Part shown: in pieces, positions 16,248 through 26,390 of the stretch
Numbering within the stretch: the stretch's first letter is position 1
Layout: each line of letters begins with the position of its first letter
Sequence record: OP870146.1
DNA: 64,000 nt
DNA from: Escherichia phage vB_Eco_F27
Reading direction: 5' to 3' (one strand)
Notes under the pieces: generated by a model
What the model saw: the letters and a program-made list of their open reading frames with translations, nothing else
What the model was told of the DNA's origin: nothing
Databases searched by the model: none
Translations under genes and position numbers: made by a program

Positions 16248-16823
16248 TTGTTATTTACATTCTTCGACCCAATAGGATATAGTGCTAAAACAGTTAATAA
16301 GAATGCACCTACTATTCCTATGACAGACATATTTCGTAATTATAAAGAGTACTTTAAGCGTGTGGCTGCCAATTATAGATTACGTTCTTATTATATTAAA
16401 GGCTCTCCACGTCCTGAAGAACTAGCGAATATCATTTATGGCAACCCGCAATTATACTGGGTTCTTTTGATGTGTAATGATAACTATGATCCGTATTATG
16501 GTTGGATTACATCTCAGGAAGCAGCGTATCAAGCTTCTATTCAGAAATATGCTAATGCCGGCGGCGACCAAATTCTTTATCATATTAACGAGAACCGTGA
16601 GAAATTTTACAATTTAGTTTCATATCCTGACGAGCCTTTAGTGTGGTACGATAAAGGTGATGAAGCTCGTAAGTATCCGCAATATAAAGGACCTTTAGCT
16701 GCAGTAGATATTTATGAAGCGGCTGTATTAGATAACGAAAAACTTCGTAAAATAAAAATTGTTGCAAAAGAAGATATAAACTCGTTTATTACTGATTTGA
16801 TTCGTGAGATGGAGATTGCATAA
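16248..16823 (+). CDS. 53: gp53 baseplate wedge subunit, 191 aa; apparent TTG start
   Basis: MLFTFFDP... N-terminus; GGAAGGAG SD 7 nt upstream of TTG; first in-frame ATG is at codon 25. Confidence 0.8.
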   Translation: MLFTFFDPIGYSAKTVNKNAPTIPMTDIFRNYKEYFKRVAANYRLRSYYIKGSPRPEELANIIYGNPQLYWVLLMCNDNYDPYYGWITSQEAAYQASIQKYANAGGDQILYHINENREKFYNLVSYPDEPLVWYDKGDEARKYPQYKGPLAAVDIYEAAVLDNEKLRKIKIVAKEDINSFITDLIREMEIA

Positions 16824-18556
16824 TGGAAATGATTAGCAGTAGCCTTAATTGGTTCGTGGGTGTTGTCGAGGACAGAATGGACCCATTAAAACAAGGGCGA
16901 GTTCGAGTTCGAGTCGTTGGTCTTCATCCAGCACAGAGAGCACAAGGTGATGTACAAGGTATTCCTACAGAAAAACTTCCATGGATGACTGTTATTCAAC
17001 CTATTACGTCTGCATCAATGTCAGGTATTGGTGGTTCTGTTACAGGTCCTGTTGAAGGAACTCGAGTATATGGTCATTTCTTAGACAAATGGAAAACAAA
17101 CGGGATTGTACTTGGTACATACGGCGGAATCGTACGTGAAAAGCCTAATAGACTTGAAGGTTTTTCAGACCCGACAGGCCAATATCCGCGACGTTTAGGT
17201 AATGATACGAACGTATTAAACCAAGGTGGTGAAGCTGGTTATTATTCGAACTCTAACGTAATTCAAGATAACAACTTGGATTATGGTATAAACCCAGACG
17301 ATACAGATTTAGCAAATATTCCAGAAGATGATGACCCTAATTTTACAATAACAGAAATGTTACGTCGTGACGAAGGTCTTCGTGATAAAGTGTATTGGGA
17401 CCATCTCGGATATCCTACCGTAGGTATTGGACACCTTATCGTAATGGAAAAGACCAGAGATATGTCTCGAATTAATAAATTGTTATCCGATCAAGTAGGG
17501 CGTGAAGTAACAGGAAATCCGGGAACTATTACATTAGAAGAAGCAACAGCGTTATTTGAGAAAGACCTTGCTAAGATGCAGAAAGACATTCGTTCTAATT
17601 CTAAAGTAGGTCCTGTTTATGCTAAAATGAACAGGTCTCGTCAAATGGCATTAGAAAACATGTGTTTCCAAATGGGCGTTGGTGGTGTAGCAAAATTCAA
17701 TACTATGCTTAAAGCAATGGCCACAGGCGATTGGAAAACTGCATACAAATCTGGACGCGATTCATTATGGTTCCAACAGACTAAAGGACGCGCTTCACGT
17801 GTAACAACAATTATTTTAACCGGTAACATGGAATCATACGGTGTTCCTGTTAAAACTCCGCCTTCACCAGGAGTTGGTGCCGATTTAGTTACTAGAAATA
17901 CCGATCCAGAAGACCCGGCCGGTCCTCCTGTTCCATTAGATTCACGTATCCTTTTTAAAGAACCAGAATCAAGTTATCGTGGTGAGTATCCATACGTTCA
18001 TGCTATGGAAACAGAAAGTGGTCATATCCAAGAATTTGACGATACTCCAGGTAATGAACGTTATCGCTTAGTTCATCCAACAGGGTCATATGAGGAAGTT
18101 TCTCCATCCGGCCGTCGTACTCGTAAAACTGTAGAAGACCTTTTTGACATCACTAATGGCGATGGGAACTTTTTGATTTCTGGCGATAAGCTTGTTAACG
18201 TTGGTGCTAATGAAATATATTATAACATGGCAGACCGCCTCCATCAAATAGACGGCAATGACACAATCTTTATTCGTGGTAACCAATCTAAAACTGTTGA
18301 AGGCGATGGAACTCTTTACGTTAAGGGTAATATCAAAATAGTTGTTGACGGAAATGCAGATATTCTTGTTAAAGGTGATGCTAAAACTCAGGTCGAAGGG
18401 AATCATGATTACACCGTCAACGGAAACGTTAAATGGACTGTTAATGGTAATGTTGATATGACTGTTGCCGGGGATTGGGCAGAAACAATGTCTACAATGA
18501 GCTCAGTAGCTTCAGGACAATACACCGTTGACGGATCTCGTATTGATATTGGGTAA
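16823..18556 (+). CDS. 5: gp5 baseplate hub subunit and tail lysozyme, 577 aa
   Basis: Lysozyme-like middle domain (EMLRRDEGLRDKVYWDHLGYPTVGIGHL) and C-terminal VxGxxxxxV beta-helix repeats; TAATG coupling to 53. Confidence 0.9.
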   Translation: MEMISSSLNWFVGVVEDRMDPLKQGRVRVRVVGLHPAQRAQGDVQGIPTEKLPWMTVIQPITSASMSGIGGSVTGPVEGTRVYGHFLDKWKTNGIVLGTYGGIVREKPNRLEGFSDPTGQYPRRLGNDTNVLNQGGEAGYYSNSNVIQDNNLDYGINPDDTDLANIPEDDDPNFTITEMLRRDEGLRDKVYWDHLGYPTVGIGHLIVMEKTRDMSRINKLLSDQVGREVTGNPGTITLEEATALFEKDLAKMQKDIRSNSKVGPVYAKMNRSRQMALENMCFQMGVGGVAKFNTMLKAMATGDWKTAYKSGRDSLWFQQTKGRASRVTTIILTGNMESYGVPVKTPPSPGVGADLVTRNTDPEDPAGPPVPLDSRILFKEPESSYRGEYPYVHAMETESGHIQEFDDTPGNERYRLVHPTGSYEEVSPSGRRTRKTVEDLFDITNGDGNFLISGDKLVNVGANEIYYNMADRLHQIDGNDTIFIRGNQSKTVEGDGTLYVKGNIKIVVDGNADILVKGDAKTQVEGNHDYTVNGNVKWTVNGNVDMTVAGDWAETMSTMSSVASGQYTVDGSRIDIG

Positions 18557-18559
18557 TAT

Positions 18560-19075
18560 ATGGCACAAATACTTCCTTTAAATACCGACTTAGGAGAAGA
18601 CATGGAAGGGGCGTCTATTGACGTCCTTTTTACTCCACAGTTAGAAACAACCGAAACTTTAGTGTCAATAAATATAACAGATTATGAACCGACACAAGGC
18701 ATTACGGTAGATGGTAATCGTTTATATGGAACATATGAAAGTGTGTTTAGCTTTTCTTCGGACGCATTGAAATACCGATTAAATGATGATTTTGAAACTG
18801 CATCTTCATGGGATGATTTACCAAAAGATGAGTCTACACAGTTATATTTGTGGAGAGCTCCTCAGAATCTTCGTAAAGTGTTTAGTTATACGGTTGAAAT
18901 GATTTATAACTACCAAGAAGAAAGTTCATCAGGCGGTTCTAGAAGTGACTCTGGTACAGAACCTCCACCGGCTCCAGTACAAAAAACTCTTACTAAGGTT
19001 TATACAAAAACTATAGTAGGAAATTGGAGCAAATGGGCTCATCAATTACGAAACTATGTTTATGTGAGGCCGTGA
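18560..19075 (+). CDS. 5.1: gp5.1-like hypothetical protein, 171 aa
   Basis: ATG start; position between 5 and 5.4. Confidence 0.6.
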   Translation: MAQILPLNTDLGEDMEGASIDVLFTPQLETTETLVSINITDYEPTQGITVDGNRLYGTYESVFSFSSDALKYRLNDDFETASSWDDLPKDESTQLYLWRAPQNLRKVFSYTVEMIYNYQEESSSGGSRSDSGTEPPPAPVQKTLTKVYTKTIVGNWSKWAHQLRNYVYVRP

Positions 19076-19077
19076 AA

Positions 19078-19371
19078 ATGTCTGGCTTAAGTTACGACAA
19101 GTGCGTTACAACAGGTCATAAAGCATGGCCTCCTACTGTAATAAATGCTTCCCAATCTAAAGTGTTCACCGGCGGTATTCCTGTTCTTGTGGCAGGAGAC
19201 CAAATAACACCTCATACAGAAATTAAAAAACCATACGAGACTCATGGAGGTGTTACTGAACCTCGTACATCTAAAGTATACGTCACCGGTAAAAAGGCCG
19301 TTCAAATGGCTGACCCAATTTCATGCGGGGATACTGTTTCTCAGGCCTCGTCAAAAGTCTTTATAAAATAG
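19078..19371 (+). CDS. 5.4: gp5.4 PAAR-repeat spike tip protein, 97 aa
   Basis: ORF track trimmed to ATG 19078; [46 protein letters not shown]... matches T4 gp5.4. Confidence 0.85.
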   Translation: MSGLSYDKCVTTGHKAWPPTVINASQSKVFTGGIPVLVAGDQITPHTEIKKPYETHGGVTEPRTSKVYVTGKKAVQMADPISCGDTVSQASSKVFIK

Positions 19372-19379
19372 GAATTAAA

Positions 19380-21353
19380 ATGGCAAACACTCCTGTAAAT
19401 TATCAATTAACACGAACAGCGAATGCTATTCCCGAGATTTTTATCGGGGGCACATTTGCCGAAATCAAACAGAACATTATCGAATGGCTCAATGGACAGA
19501 ATGAATTTCTTGATTATGATTTTGAAGGTTCACGCTTAAACGTATTGTGCGACCTTTTAGCATATAACACTCTTTACATCCAACAGTTCAGTAATAGTGC
19601 AGTGTATGAAAGTTTTATGCGTACTGCAAACTTGCGTAGTTCTGTTGTACAAGCGGCTCAAGATAACGGATATCTGCCTTCATCTAAATCAGCAGCACAA
19701 ACAGAAATTATGCTCACATGTACAGATGCATTAAATAGAAACTATATCACCATTCCACGTGGCACTCGTTTCTTAGCATACGCTAAAGATACTTCTGTTA
19801 ACCCGTATAACTTTGTTTCTACTGAAGATGTCATTGTAGTTAAAGACAAAAATAACCAATATTTTCCACGTCTTCGATTAGCTCAAGGACGTATTGTTCG
19901 CACTGAATTAACATTTGATAGATTAAAACCTATCATTATTCGTGATAAGAATATTGACCGTAATTTGGTTAAGTTGTATGTTGACGGAGCAGAATGGATT
20001 AACTGGACTCGTAAGTCGATGGTTCACGCTGGTTCTACGTCAACAATCTATTATATGCGTGAAACAGTTGATGGGAACACCGAATTTTATTTTGGTGAAG
20101 GCGAAATCTCTATTAACACATCAGAAGGTGCGTTAACATCTAACTATATTGGTGGCCTTAAACCTGTTCAGGGTTCTAAAATCGTAATTGAGTATATTTC
20201 TACTAATGGCGCAGATGCTAACGGTGCTGTAGGATTTTCTTATGCTGATACATTAGCTAATATCACGGTAATCGATATTAACGAGAACCCTAGCAATAAC
20301 CCAGACTTTGTCGGGGCCATCGGCGGCGGTGACCCTGAAGATATTGAACGTATCCGCGAATTAGGCACAATTAAACGCGAAACTCAACAACGTTGTGTAA
20401 CCGCTTCCGACTATGACACATTCGTCTCTGAGCGGTTTGGTTCTATTATTCAAGCGGTTCAAACATTCACAGATTCATCTAAACCAGGGTACGCATATAT
20501 TGCTGCTAAGCCTAAATCTGGATTGTATTTGACTTCTGTCCAACGCGATGATATCAAAAACTATTTGAATGATTATAACTTAGGGACTATTACACCTGTT
20601 GTTATTTCGCCTGATTATTTGTTTATCAAAATGAATATCAAAGTTACATACGCGTTGAATAAACTCCAAGAATCAGAACAATATCTTGAAGGGCAGATTA
20701 TTAATAAAATAGACCGTTATTATATTGAAGATGTAGAAATTTTTAACTCATCGTTTGCAAAATCTAAAATGCTAACTTATGTCGATGATGCAGATATTTC
20801 TATTATTGGTTCTTCAGCTACTATTCAAATGGTTCGCGAAGTACAAAACTTCTATAAAACGCCTGAGGCCGGTATTAAATACAATAATCAGATTAAAGAT
20901 AGATCGATGGAATCTAATATATTCTCGTTTGATTCGCACAGACCTAATCCAGAAAATGTAAATGAAACTATTAAATACGGTGTTCGCATAGTATCTTCTG
21001 ACCGTAATGATCGTGGCATAGGTCAAGTTATTATTGGTCCATTTGCAGACGGTGATGTTGTTGAAAACGAAAATATACAACCTTATACAGGTAATGATTT
21101 TAATAAACTTACTGTTACTGACGGACGAAACAAATACTATTCAATTGGTGAAGTGAATTATCCTGCCGATTCGATTTATTGGAACATTGCTAAAATTGAC
21201 CTCACTTCAGACCGTTTTGAAGTTCAAACAATTGAACTTTATTCCGACCCTGCAGATGATATTATTTTTACAAAGGATGGTTCTTTAATCGTATTCGAAA
21301 ATGACTTACGTCCTCAGTACTTAACTATAGATTTGGAGCCTATTTCACAATGA
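19380..21353 (+). CDS. 6: gp6 baseplate wedge subunit, 657 aa
   Basis: ORF track trimmed to ATG 19380 with AGGAA SD. Confidence 0.88.
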   Translation: MANTPVNYQLTRTANAIPEIFIGGTFAEIKQNIIEWLNGQNEFLDYDFEGSRLNVLCDLLAYNTLYIQQFSNSAVYESFMRTANLRSSVVQAAQDNGYLPSSKSAAQTEIMLTCTDALNRNYITIPRGTRFLAYAKDTSVNPYNFVSTEDVIVVKDKNNQYFPRLRLAQGRIVRTELTFDRLKPIIIRDKNIDRNLVKLYVDGAEWINWTRKSMVHAGSTSTIYYMRETVDGNTEFYFGEGEISINTSEGALTSNYIGGLKPVQGSKIVIEYISTNGADANGAVGFSYADTLANITVIDINENPSNNPDFVGAIGGGDPEDIERIRELGTIKRETQQRCVTASDYDTFVSERFGSIIQAVQTFTDSSKPGYAYIAAKPKSGLYLTSVQRDDIKNYLNDYNLGTITPVVISPDYLFIKMNIKVTYALNKLQESEQYLEGQIINKIDRYYIEDVEIFNSSFAKSKMLTYVDDADISIIGSSATIQMVREVQNFYKTPEAGIKYNNQIKDRSMESNIFSFDSHRPNPENVNETIKYGVRIVSSDRNDRGIGQVIIGPFADGDVVENENIQPYTGNDFNKLTVTDGRNKYYSIGEVNYPADSIYWNIAKIDLTSDRFEVQTIELYSDPADDIIFTKDGSLIVFENDLRPQYLTIDLEPISQ

Positions 21354-24300
21354 CAGTAAAAGCGCCAGCAGTCACAAGTCTCAGAATATCCAAGTTGTCC
21401 GCTAACCAAGTTCAAATACGCTGGGATGACGTTGGTGCTAATTTCTACTATTTTGTAGAAATCGCTGAGACTAAAACGGCAGACGGGGAAATAATTCCCA
21501 CTGCCAGCTACAGATGGATAAATTTAGGATATACTCCTAATAGCAACTGGTTCGAAAGTAGCTTAGACCCATTAACTTCTTATATTATTCGTGTATCAAC
21601 TGCCGCCGAAGGCTTCGAGAGATCTGATTGGGTATATACCGAAATATTTGAATCATTTCAGACTAACGCGTATACATTTCAACATATGATTGAAATGCAA
21701 TTGGCTAACACTTTTATTAGAGAAAAATTTACAAATAACAACATGGCTTATGTCGATTTTAATACCGACACTATAATGGCAGCTCTAATGAATGAATCGT
21801 TCCAATTTAGCCCTGCTTATGCGGATATTTCATCTATTAAAAATTTCATTATTGGCGAAAATGAGTATCATGAAATTCAAGGTTCGATTCAACAGGTGTG
21901 TCATGATATAAACCGTGTTTATTTGATGGAATCCGAAGGAATTCTTTATTTGTTTGAACGGTATCAGCCTGTGGTTAAAGTCTCTAATGATAAGGGACAA
22001 ACCTGGAAATCGGTTAAATTGTTTAATGACCGTGTAGGGTACCCTGTATCAAGAACAGTGTATTACCAGACAGATTATACCACGTATGTTCTTGGGTACG
22101 ATAAATTATTTTACGGTCGTAAATCAACTGACGTTCGTTGGTCTGCTGATGATGTGAGATTTAGTTCTCAAGATATAACATTTGCTAAAATTGGTGACCA
22201 GTTAAATTTAGGATTTGATGTAGAAATATTTGGTAACTATGCATCATTACCTGCTAACGTATCACGTATTGCAGAAGCTATCGTTTGCAATGACGATTAT
22301 GTATACGTTGCTGCTCGAGATAAAGTTCGTTTTATTAAAACTAGTAATGCCCCTATTGATTCAGACCCGTTATCTCCGACATATTCCGAACGTTTGTTTG
22401 AACAAGAAACATTTAACATCACAGGTAACCCTAAGGCAGTTTGCTATAAAATGGATTCTGTCGGTGGTAAGATATTTGCACTGATTATCGGTGAAGTTGT
22501 TAATCTTAACGATGACCCGAGGACTACTCCTATTGTTGATTCTTCTGATAAGGGTATTTACGTTCTAGACCATGACGCTGGCACATTTAAACGTGTGTTT
22601 GGTAATACTGAAGAAGAACGTCGCCGTATTGAACCAGGGTACACCAGTATGTCTACTGATGGTGTTGAGTTATCTATTTCATCTAGTAATTTTAAATTTC
22701 TAGAATCAGATATTGTTGATGACCCAAAAACACAAGTCAAGTACGGTTTAATCGGTGCTGTTAAATATGAGTATCCTCGTGAATGGCTGGCTGATAAACA
22801 TTACCATATGATGGCATTTATTTCAACTGAAGACTCTCAATGGGAATCGTTCACTCCCCAACCGATGGAATACTATGCCGAGCCGTTCTTTAGTTATTCT
22901 AGAAAGTCTGGTACTCGTTGTTGGATTAATAACTCAGACAAGGCCGTTGTAATTTATTCTGATTTACTTTACACTAAGGTTATTGAGAATCATCCACTTA
23001 GTTCTTCAGACCGTGAAGTTCATGAATATTGGAAGGACGGTGACTGTACAATAGTGATGCCTAACGTAGATTTCACCGGATTTAAAAAATATGCATCCGG
23101 CATGATTTTCTATAAATCATCAGGTGAGATTATTTCTTATTATGATTTTAGTTATCGTGTTAGAGATAATGTTTCTATAATTTGGAAGCCTACTAATATA
23201 TTCTTAACAGCATCATTACAAAACCAAGAAAAAGATACCACATGGACTCCTGTGGAAGAGAATGGTATTGCGGACCCAGATTTACGACCATTGCTCACTA
23301 CAATGATGCCGGAGTCTTATCTTTTAGATAATACAAACTTCGAAGCATTCTGCGAGGCTTATATTCAGTATCTTTCTGACGGTTATGGGACCCATTATAA
23401 CAACCTTTTGAATCTTATTAAAAATCAATATCCGCGCGAAGAACATGCGTGGGAATACTTATGGTCTGAGATTTATAAACGAAACATTTACTTAAACGCC
23501 GAAAAACGCGATTTAGTGTCTCGTTTCTTTGAATCAAGAAGTTATGACTTCTATTCAACTAAAGGAACTGAAGCATCGTATAAATTCTTGTTTAAAGTGC
23601 TTTATAACGAAGATGTTGAAATTGAAATTGAATCTAGTTCCGGGACCGAATATGATATCATCATTGAATCTGATTCGCTGACAGAAGATTTGGTCGGACA
23701 AACCATATACACCGCGACAGGACGTTGTAATGTGACGTATATCGAGAGAAGTTACTCTAAAGGTAAATTACAATGGACTGTAACAATTCACAACCTCTTA
23801 GGTCGTTTAATCCAAGGACAGGAAGTTAAAGCTGAAAGACTCCCTGGTTTTGAAGGTGAAATTGTTCGTGGTATTAAAGGTAAAGAGCTTTCTCAGAACA
23901 ACATCGATTACATAAATCGTGGTAGAGCATACTACGTAATGAAGATTAAATCTAAACTTCCATCATCTCGTTGGAAATCAGACGTATTACGTTTTGTTCA
24001 TCCGGTTGGATTTGGATTTATCGCAATTACACTTCTCACAATGTTTATTAACACCGGTTTAACACTTAAACATGTTGAAACCATTATTAATAAATACAAA
24101 AACTATAAGTGGGATTCTGGATTACCGACTAAATATGCAGACCGAGTGGCTAAATTAGACCCACAAGGAAATGTTGAGTTTGACCCTATTACAGGTAAAG
24201 CGATATATGAAATAGGCCCTATGGCTGGTCAAGATTATCCATTACCTGAAGATTATAACGCTGAAAACAATAACTCCATATTTCAAGGTCAACTTCCATC

Positions 24301-24448
24301 GGAACGACGTAAACTGATGAGCCCATTATTTGATGCGTCCGGAACAACATTCTCTAGATTTAGAGATTTGGTTGAACAACGGTTAATCGATAATGTAGGA
24401 AATCCAAGAGACCCCGTGAATCCACCACAGGTTAAATTAGATGAATGA
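21350..24448 (+). CDS. 7: gp7 baseplate wedge initiator, 1032 aa
   Basis: Same length as T4 gp7; ATGA overlap with gene 6. Confidence 0.9.
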   Translation: MTVKAPAVTSLRISKLSANQVQIRWDDVGANFYYFVEIAETKTADGEIIPTASYRWINLGYTPNSNWFESSLDPLTSYIIRVSTAAEGFERSDWVYTEIFESFQTNAYTFQHMIEMQLANTFIREKFTNNNMAYVDFNTDTIMAALMNESFQFSPAYADISSIKNFIIGENEYHEIQGSIQQVCHDINRVYLMESEGILYLFERYQPVVKVSNDKGQTWKSVKLFNDRVGYPVSRTVYYQTDYTTYVLGYDKLFYGRKSTDVRWSADDVRFSSQDITFAKIGDQLNLGFDVEIFGNYASLPANVSRIAEAIVCNDDYVYVAARDKVRFIKTSNAPIDSDPLSPTYSERLFEQETFNITGNPKAVCYKMDSVGGKIFALIIGEVVNLNDDPRTTPIVDSSDKGIYVLDHDAGTFKRVFGNTEEERRRIEPGYTSMSTDGVELSISSSNFKFLESDIVDDPKTQVKYGLIGAVKYEYPREWLADKHYHMMAFISTEDSQWESFTPQPMEYYAEPFFSYSRKSGTRCWINNSDKAVVIYSDLLYTKVIENHPLSSSDREVHEYWKDGDCTIVMPNVDFTGFKKYASGMIFYKSSGEIISYYDFSYRVRDNVSIIWKPTNIFLTASLQNQEKDTTWTPVEENGIADPDLRPLLTTMMPESYLLDNTNFEAFCEAYIQYLSDGYGTHYNNLLNLIKNQYPREEHAWEYLWSEIYKRNIYLNAEKRDLVSRFFESRSYDFYSTKGTEASYKFLFKVLYNEDVEIEIESSSGTEYDIIIESDSLTEDLVGQTIYTATGRCNVTYIERSYSKGKLQWTVTIHNLLGRLIQGQEVKAERLPGFEGEIVRGIKGKELSQNNIDYINRGRAYYVMKIKSKLPSSRWKSDVLRFVHPVGFGFIAITLLTMFINTGLTLKHVETIINKYKNYKWDSGLPTKYADRVAKLDPQGNVEFDPITGKAIYEIGPMAGQDYPLPEDYNAENNNSIFQGQLPSERRKLMSPLFDASGTTFSRFRDLVEQRLIDNVGNPRDPVNPPQVKLDE

Positions 24449-25445
24449 TTCAAGTGTTATCTATCGTGCAATAGTTACATCAAAATTTAGAACAGAAAAA
24501 ATGCTGAATTTTTATAATTCAGTTGGGGATGGAGATGATAAGAACTCCATTTATATTACGTTTGGACGTTCAGAGCCTTGGGCGTCAAATGAAAATGAGG
24601 TGGGCTTCGCCCCACCTTATCCTACAGATTCTGTTCTTGGTGTTACTGATATGTGGACCCATATGATGGGTACCGTTAAAGTTTTACCTTCAATGTTAGA
24701 TTCTGTTATTCCTAGACGTGATTGGGGAGATGTGCGATATCCAGACCCTTACACGTTTAGAATTAATGATATAGTCGCATGTAATACTGCTCCGTACAAC
24801 GCGACAGAAGTTGGAGCCGGTTGGTTAATTTACCGTTGTTTAGATGTCCCTGACGTAGGGCTCTGTTCAATAGAATCTTTAGATAATAAAGATGAATGTC
24901 TTAAATTGGGTGGTAAATGGACTCCGTCTGTTCGTTCTATGTCTCCTCCTGAAGGCAGAGGCGATGCTAATGGGGTTATCGAAACCGGTGATGGATATAT
25001 TTGGGAATATCTTTACGAGATTCCTGCCGATGTGTCAATTAACCGTTGCACTAATGAATATCTTGTAGTTCCGTGGCCGGAAGAAATTAAAGAAGACCCC
25101 ACCCGTTGGGGATATGAAAATAACTTAACTTGGCAACAAGACGACTACGGCTTGATTTACCGTGTTAAAGCTAATACGATGCGGTTTAAAGCATATTTTG
25201 ATTCTGTTTATTTCCCTGAGGCAGCTTTGCCTGGTAACAAGGGTTTTAGACAGATATCAATTATCGCAAACCCGTTAGAAGCTAAGAAAAATCCAAATGA
25301 CCCTAATGTTAAAGCAGAAAAGGATTATTATGACCCTAGAGACCTGCAACGTCATTCTGGTGAAATGATTTATATGGAAAACCGACCACCTGTTATTATG
25401 GCAATGGACCAAACAGAAGAAATTAACATTTTGTTTATGTTTTAA
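24441..25445 (+). CDS. 8: gp8 baseplate wedge subunit, 334 aa
   Basis: Length and order as T4. Confidence 0.9.
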   Translation: MNDSSVIYRAIVTSKFRTEKMLNFYNSVGDGDDKNSIYITFGRSEPWASNENEVGFAPPYPTDSVLGVTDMWTHMMGTVKVLPSMLDSVIPRRDWGDVRYPDPYTFRINDIVACNTAPYNATEVGAGWLIYRCLDVPDVGLCSIESLDNKDECLKLGGKWTPSVRSMSPPEGRGDANGVIETGDGYIWEYLYEIPADVSINRCTNEYLVVPWPEEIKEDPTRWGYENNLTWQQDDYGLIYRVKANTMRFKAYFDSVYFPEAALPGNKGFRQISIIANPLEAKKNPNDPNVKAEKDYYDPRDLQRHSGEMIYMENRPPVIMAMDQTEEINILFMF

Positions 25446-25448
25446 TTA

Positions 25449-25472
25449 GGGAGCCTTCGGGCTCCCATTTTT
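25449..25472 (+). terminator. rho-independent terminator GGGAGCC-UUCG-GGCUCCC then UUUUU
   Basis: Directly after the gene 8 stop. Confidence 0.7.
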
Positions 25473-25477
25473 GTATC

Positions 25478-25485
25478 TATAAATA
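25478..25485 (+). promoter_or_regulatory. late promoter TATAAATA for gene 9
   Basis: Exact consensus. Confidence 0.6.
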
Positions 25486-25517
25486 GAATATAATATCGGA
25501 CAACAAAAGGCAGAATT

Positions 25518-26390
25518 ATGGCATTTTTTAAGCAAACTCCTAAACAATTAATCGATACCGGCGAAATTGGTAATGCCTCAACAGGTGATATCTTATTCGA
25601 CGGTGGTAATAAAATAAATGACGATATCAACGCTATTTACAATGCATTTGGCGATCAACGTAAAATGGCCGTGGCAGATGGAACCGGACCTACAGGTCAA
25701 ACTATTCATGCCACAGGTTATTATCAAAAAGGAAAGGCGGTCGATTATCAAACTCCTATTAAACCAGGCACTATGCATGATATTGATGCTTCTGATGGTG
25801 GTGTGATTGTTATTATTGACCGTCCTGAATTAGGTGACTCTGTAGAATTCATAAACTCTAATGGGTCTATTTCTGTTAACAATCCTTTAAGTATCCAAGT
25901 AACCGATGGTTCGATTAAAGGTGTTCTTAATAATCTTGTTATTTCCACCCCTTATACCCATGTTGTTCTTCGTTGTGTTGAAATTAATGGGCCAACTTCA
26001 GTATGGAATTATTCTACTGATAGCATGTTTGGGCAGAAAGAATCTCCTGTTGATGGGACTTGGAGTCTTACAGGAAACTCAGTTTCTATTCCTCTGTTTT
26101 ATCGCACAGATTATAACATGGCTAAATTGCTTGTTACATGCCAATCCGCCGACGGTAGAAAAATAAAAACATGTGAAATAAATATTCTAATAGATACAAT
26201 TAACTCAGAAGTTCTTTCTACCGAATTTGCAGTAATGCGAGTTGGTAATGTAGATGAAACCGACGAGATTGCTAATATTAGCTTTAGTATTATTAACAAC
26301 TTTGCTACTATGACGATTACATCCGATATTATTGGATTACGTTCAGCAGTTAAAATTATCTCAACTCAGAAAATTGGGGTCGCTCAATAA
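25518..26390 (+). CDS. 9: gp9 baseplate wedge / long tail fiber socket, 290 aa
   Basis: Length and order. Confidence 0.88.
   Translation: MAFFKQTPKQLIDTGEIGNASTGDILFDGGNKINDDINAIYNAFGDQRKMAVADGTGPTGQTIHATGYYQKGKAVDYQTPIKPGTMHDIDASDGGVIVIIDRPELGDSVEFINSNGSISVNNPLSIQVTDGSIKGVLNNLVISTPYTHVVLRCVEINGPTSVWNYSTDSMFGQKESPVDGTWSLTGNSVSIPLFYRTDYNMAKLLVTCQSADGRKIKTCEINILIDTINSEVLSTEFAVMRVGNVDETDEIANISFSIINNFATMTITSDIIGLRSAVKIISTQKIGVAQ

Noticed and set aside
15737-16330. N-terminal extensions in the ORF track (gp4 197 aa, gp6 676 aa, UvsY 164 aa, gp3 196 aa and others)
   Set aside because: Extensions start at TTG/GTG with no SD and exceed T4 homolog lengths; internal ATGs with SD give the expected sizes, so features were trimmed.
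22230-22484. Short ORFs nested inside large structural genes on either strand (for example 22230-22484, 29240-29812, 42574-42918, 43234-43818)
   Set aside because: Embedded in or antisense to well-supported genes (gp7, gp12, gp22, gp23); no independent start signals; typical six-frame noise.
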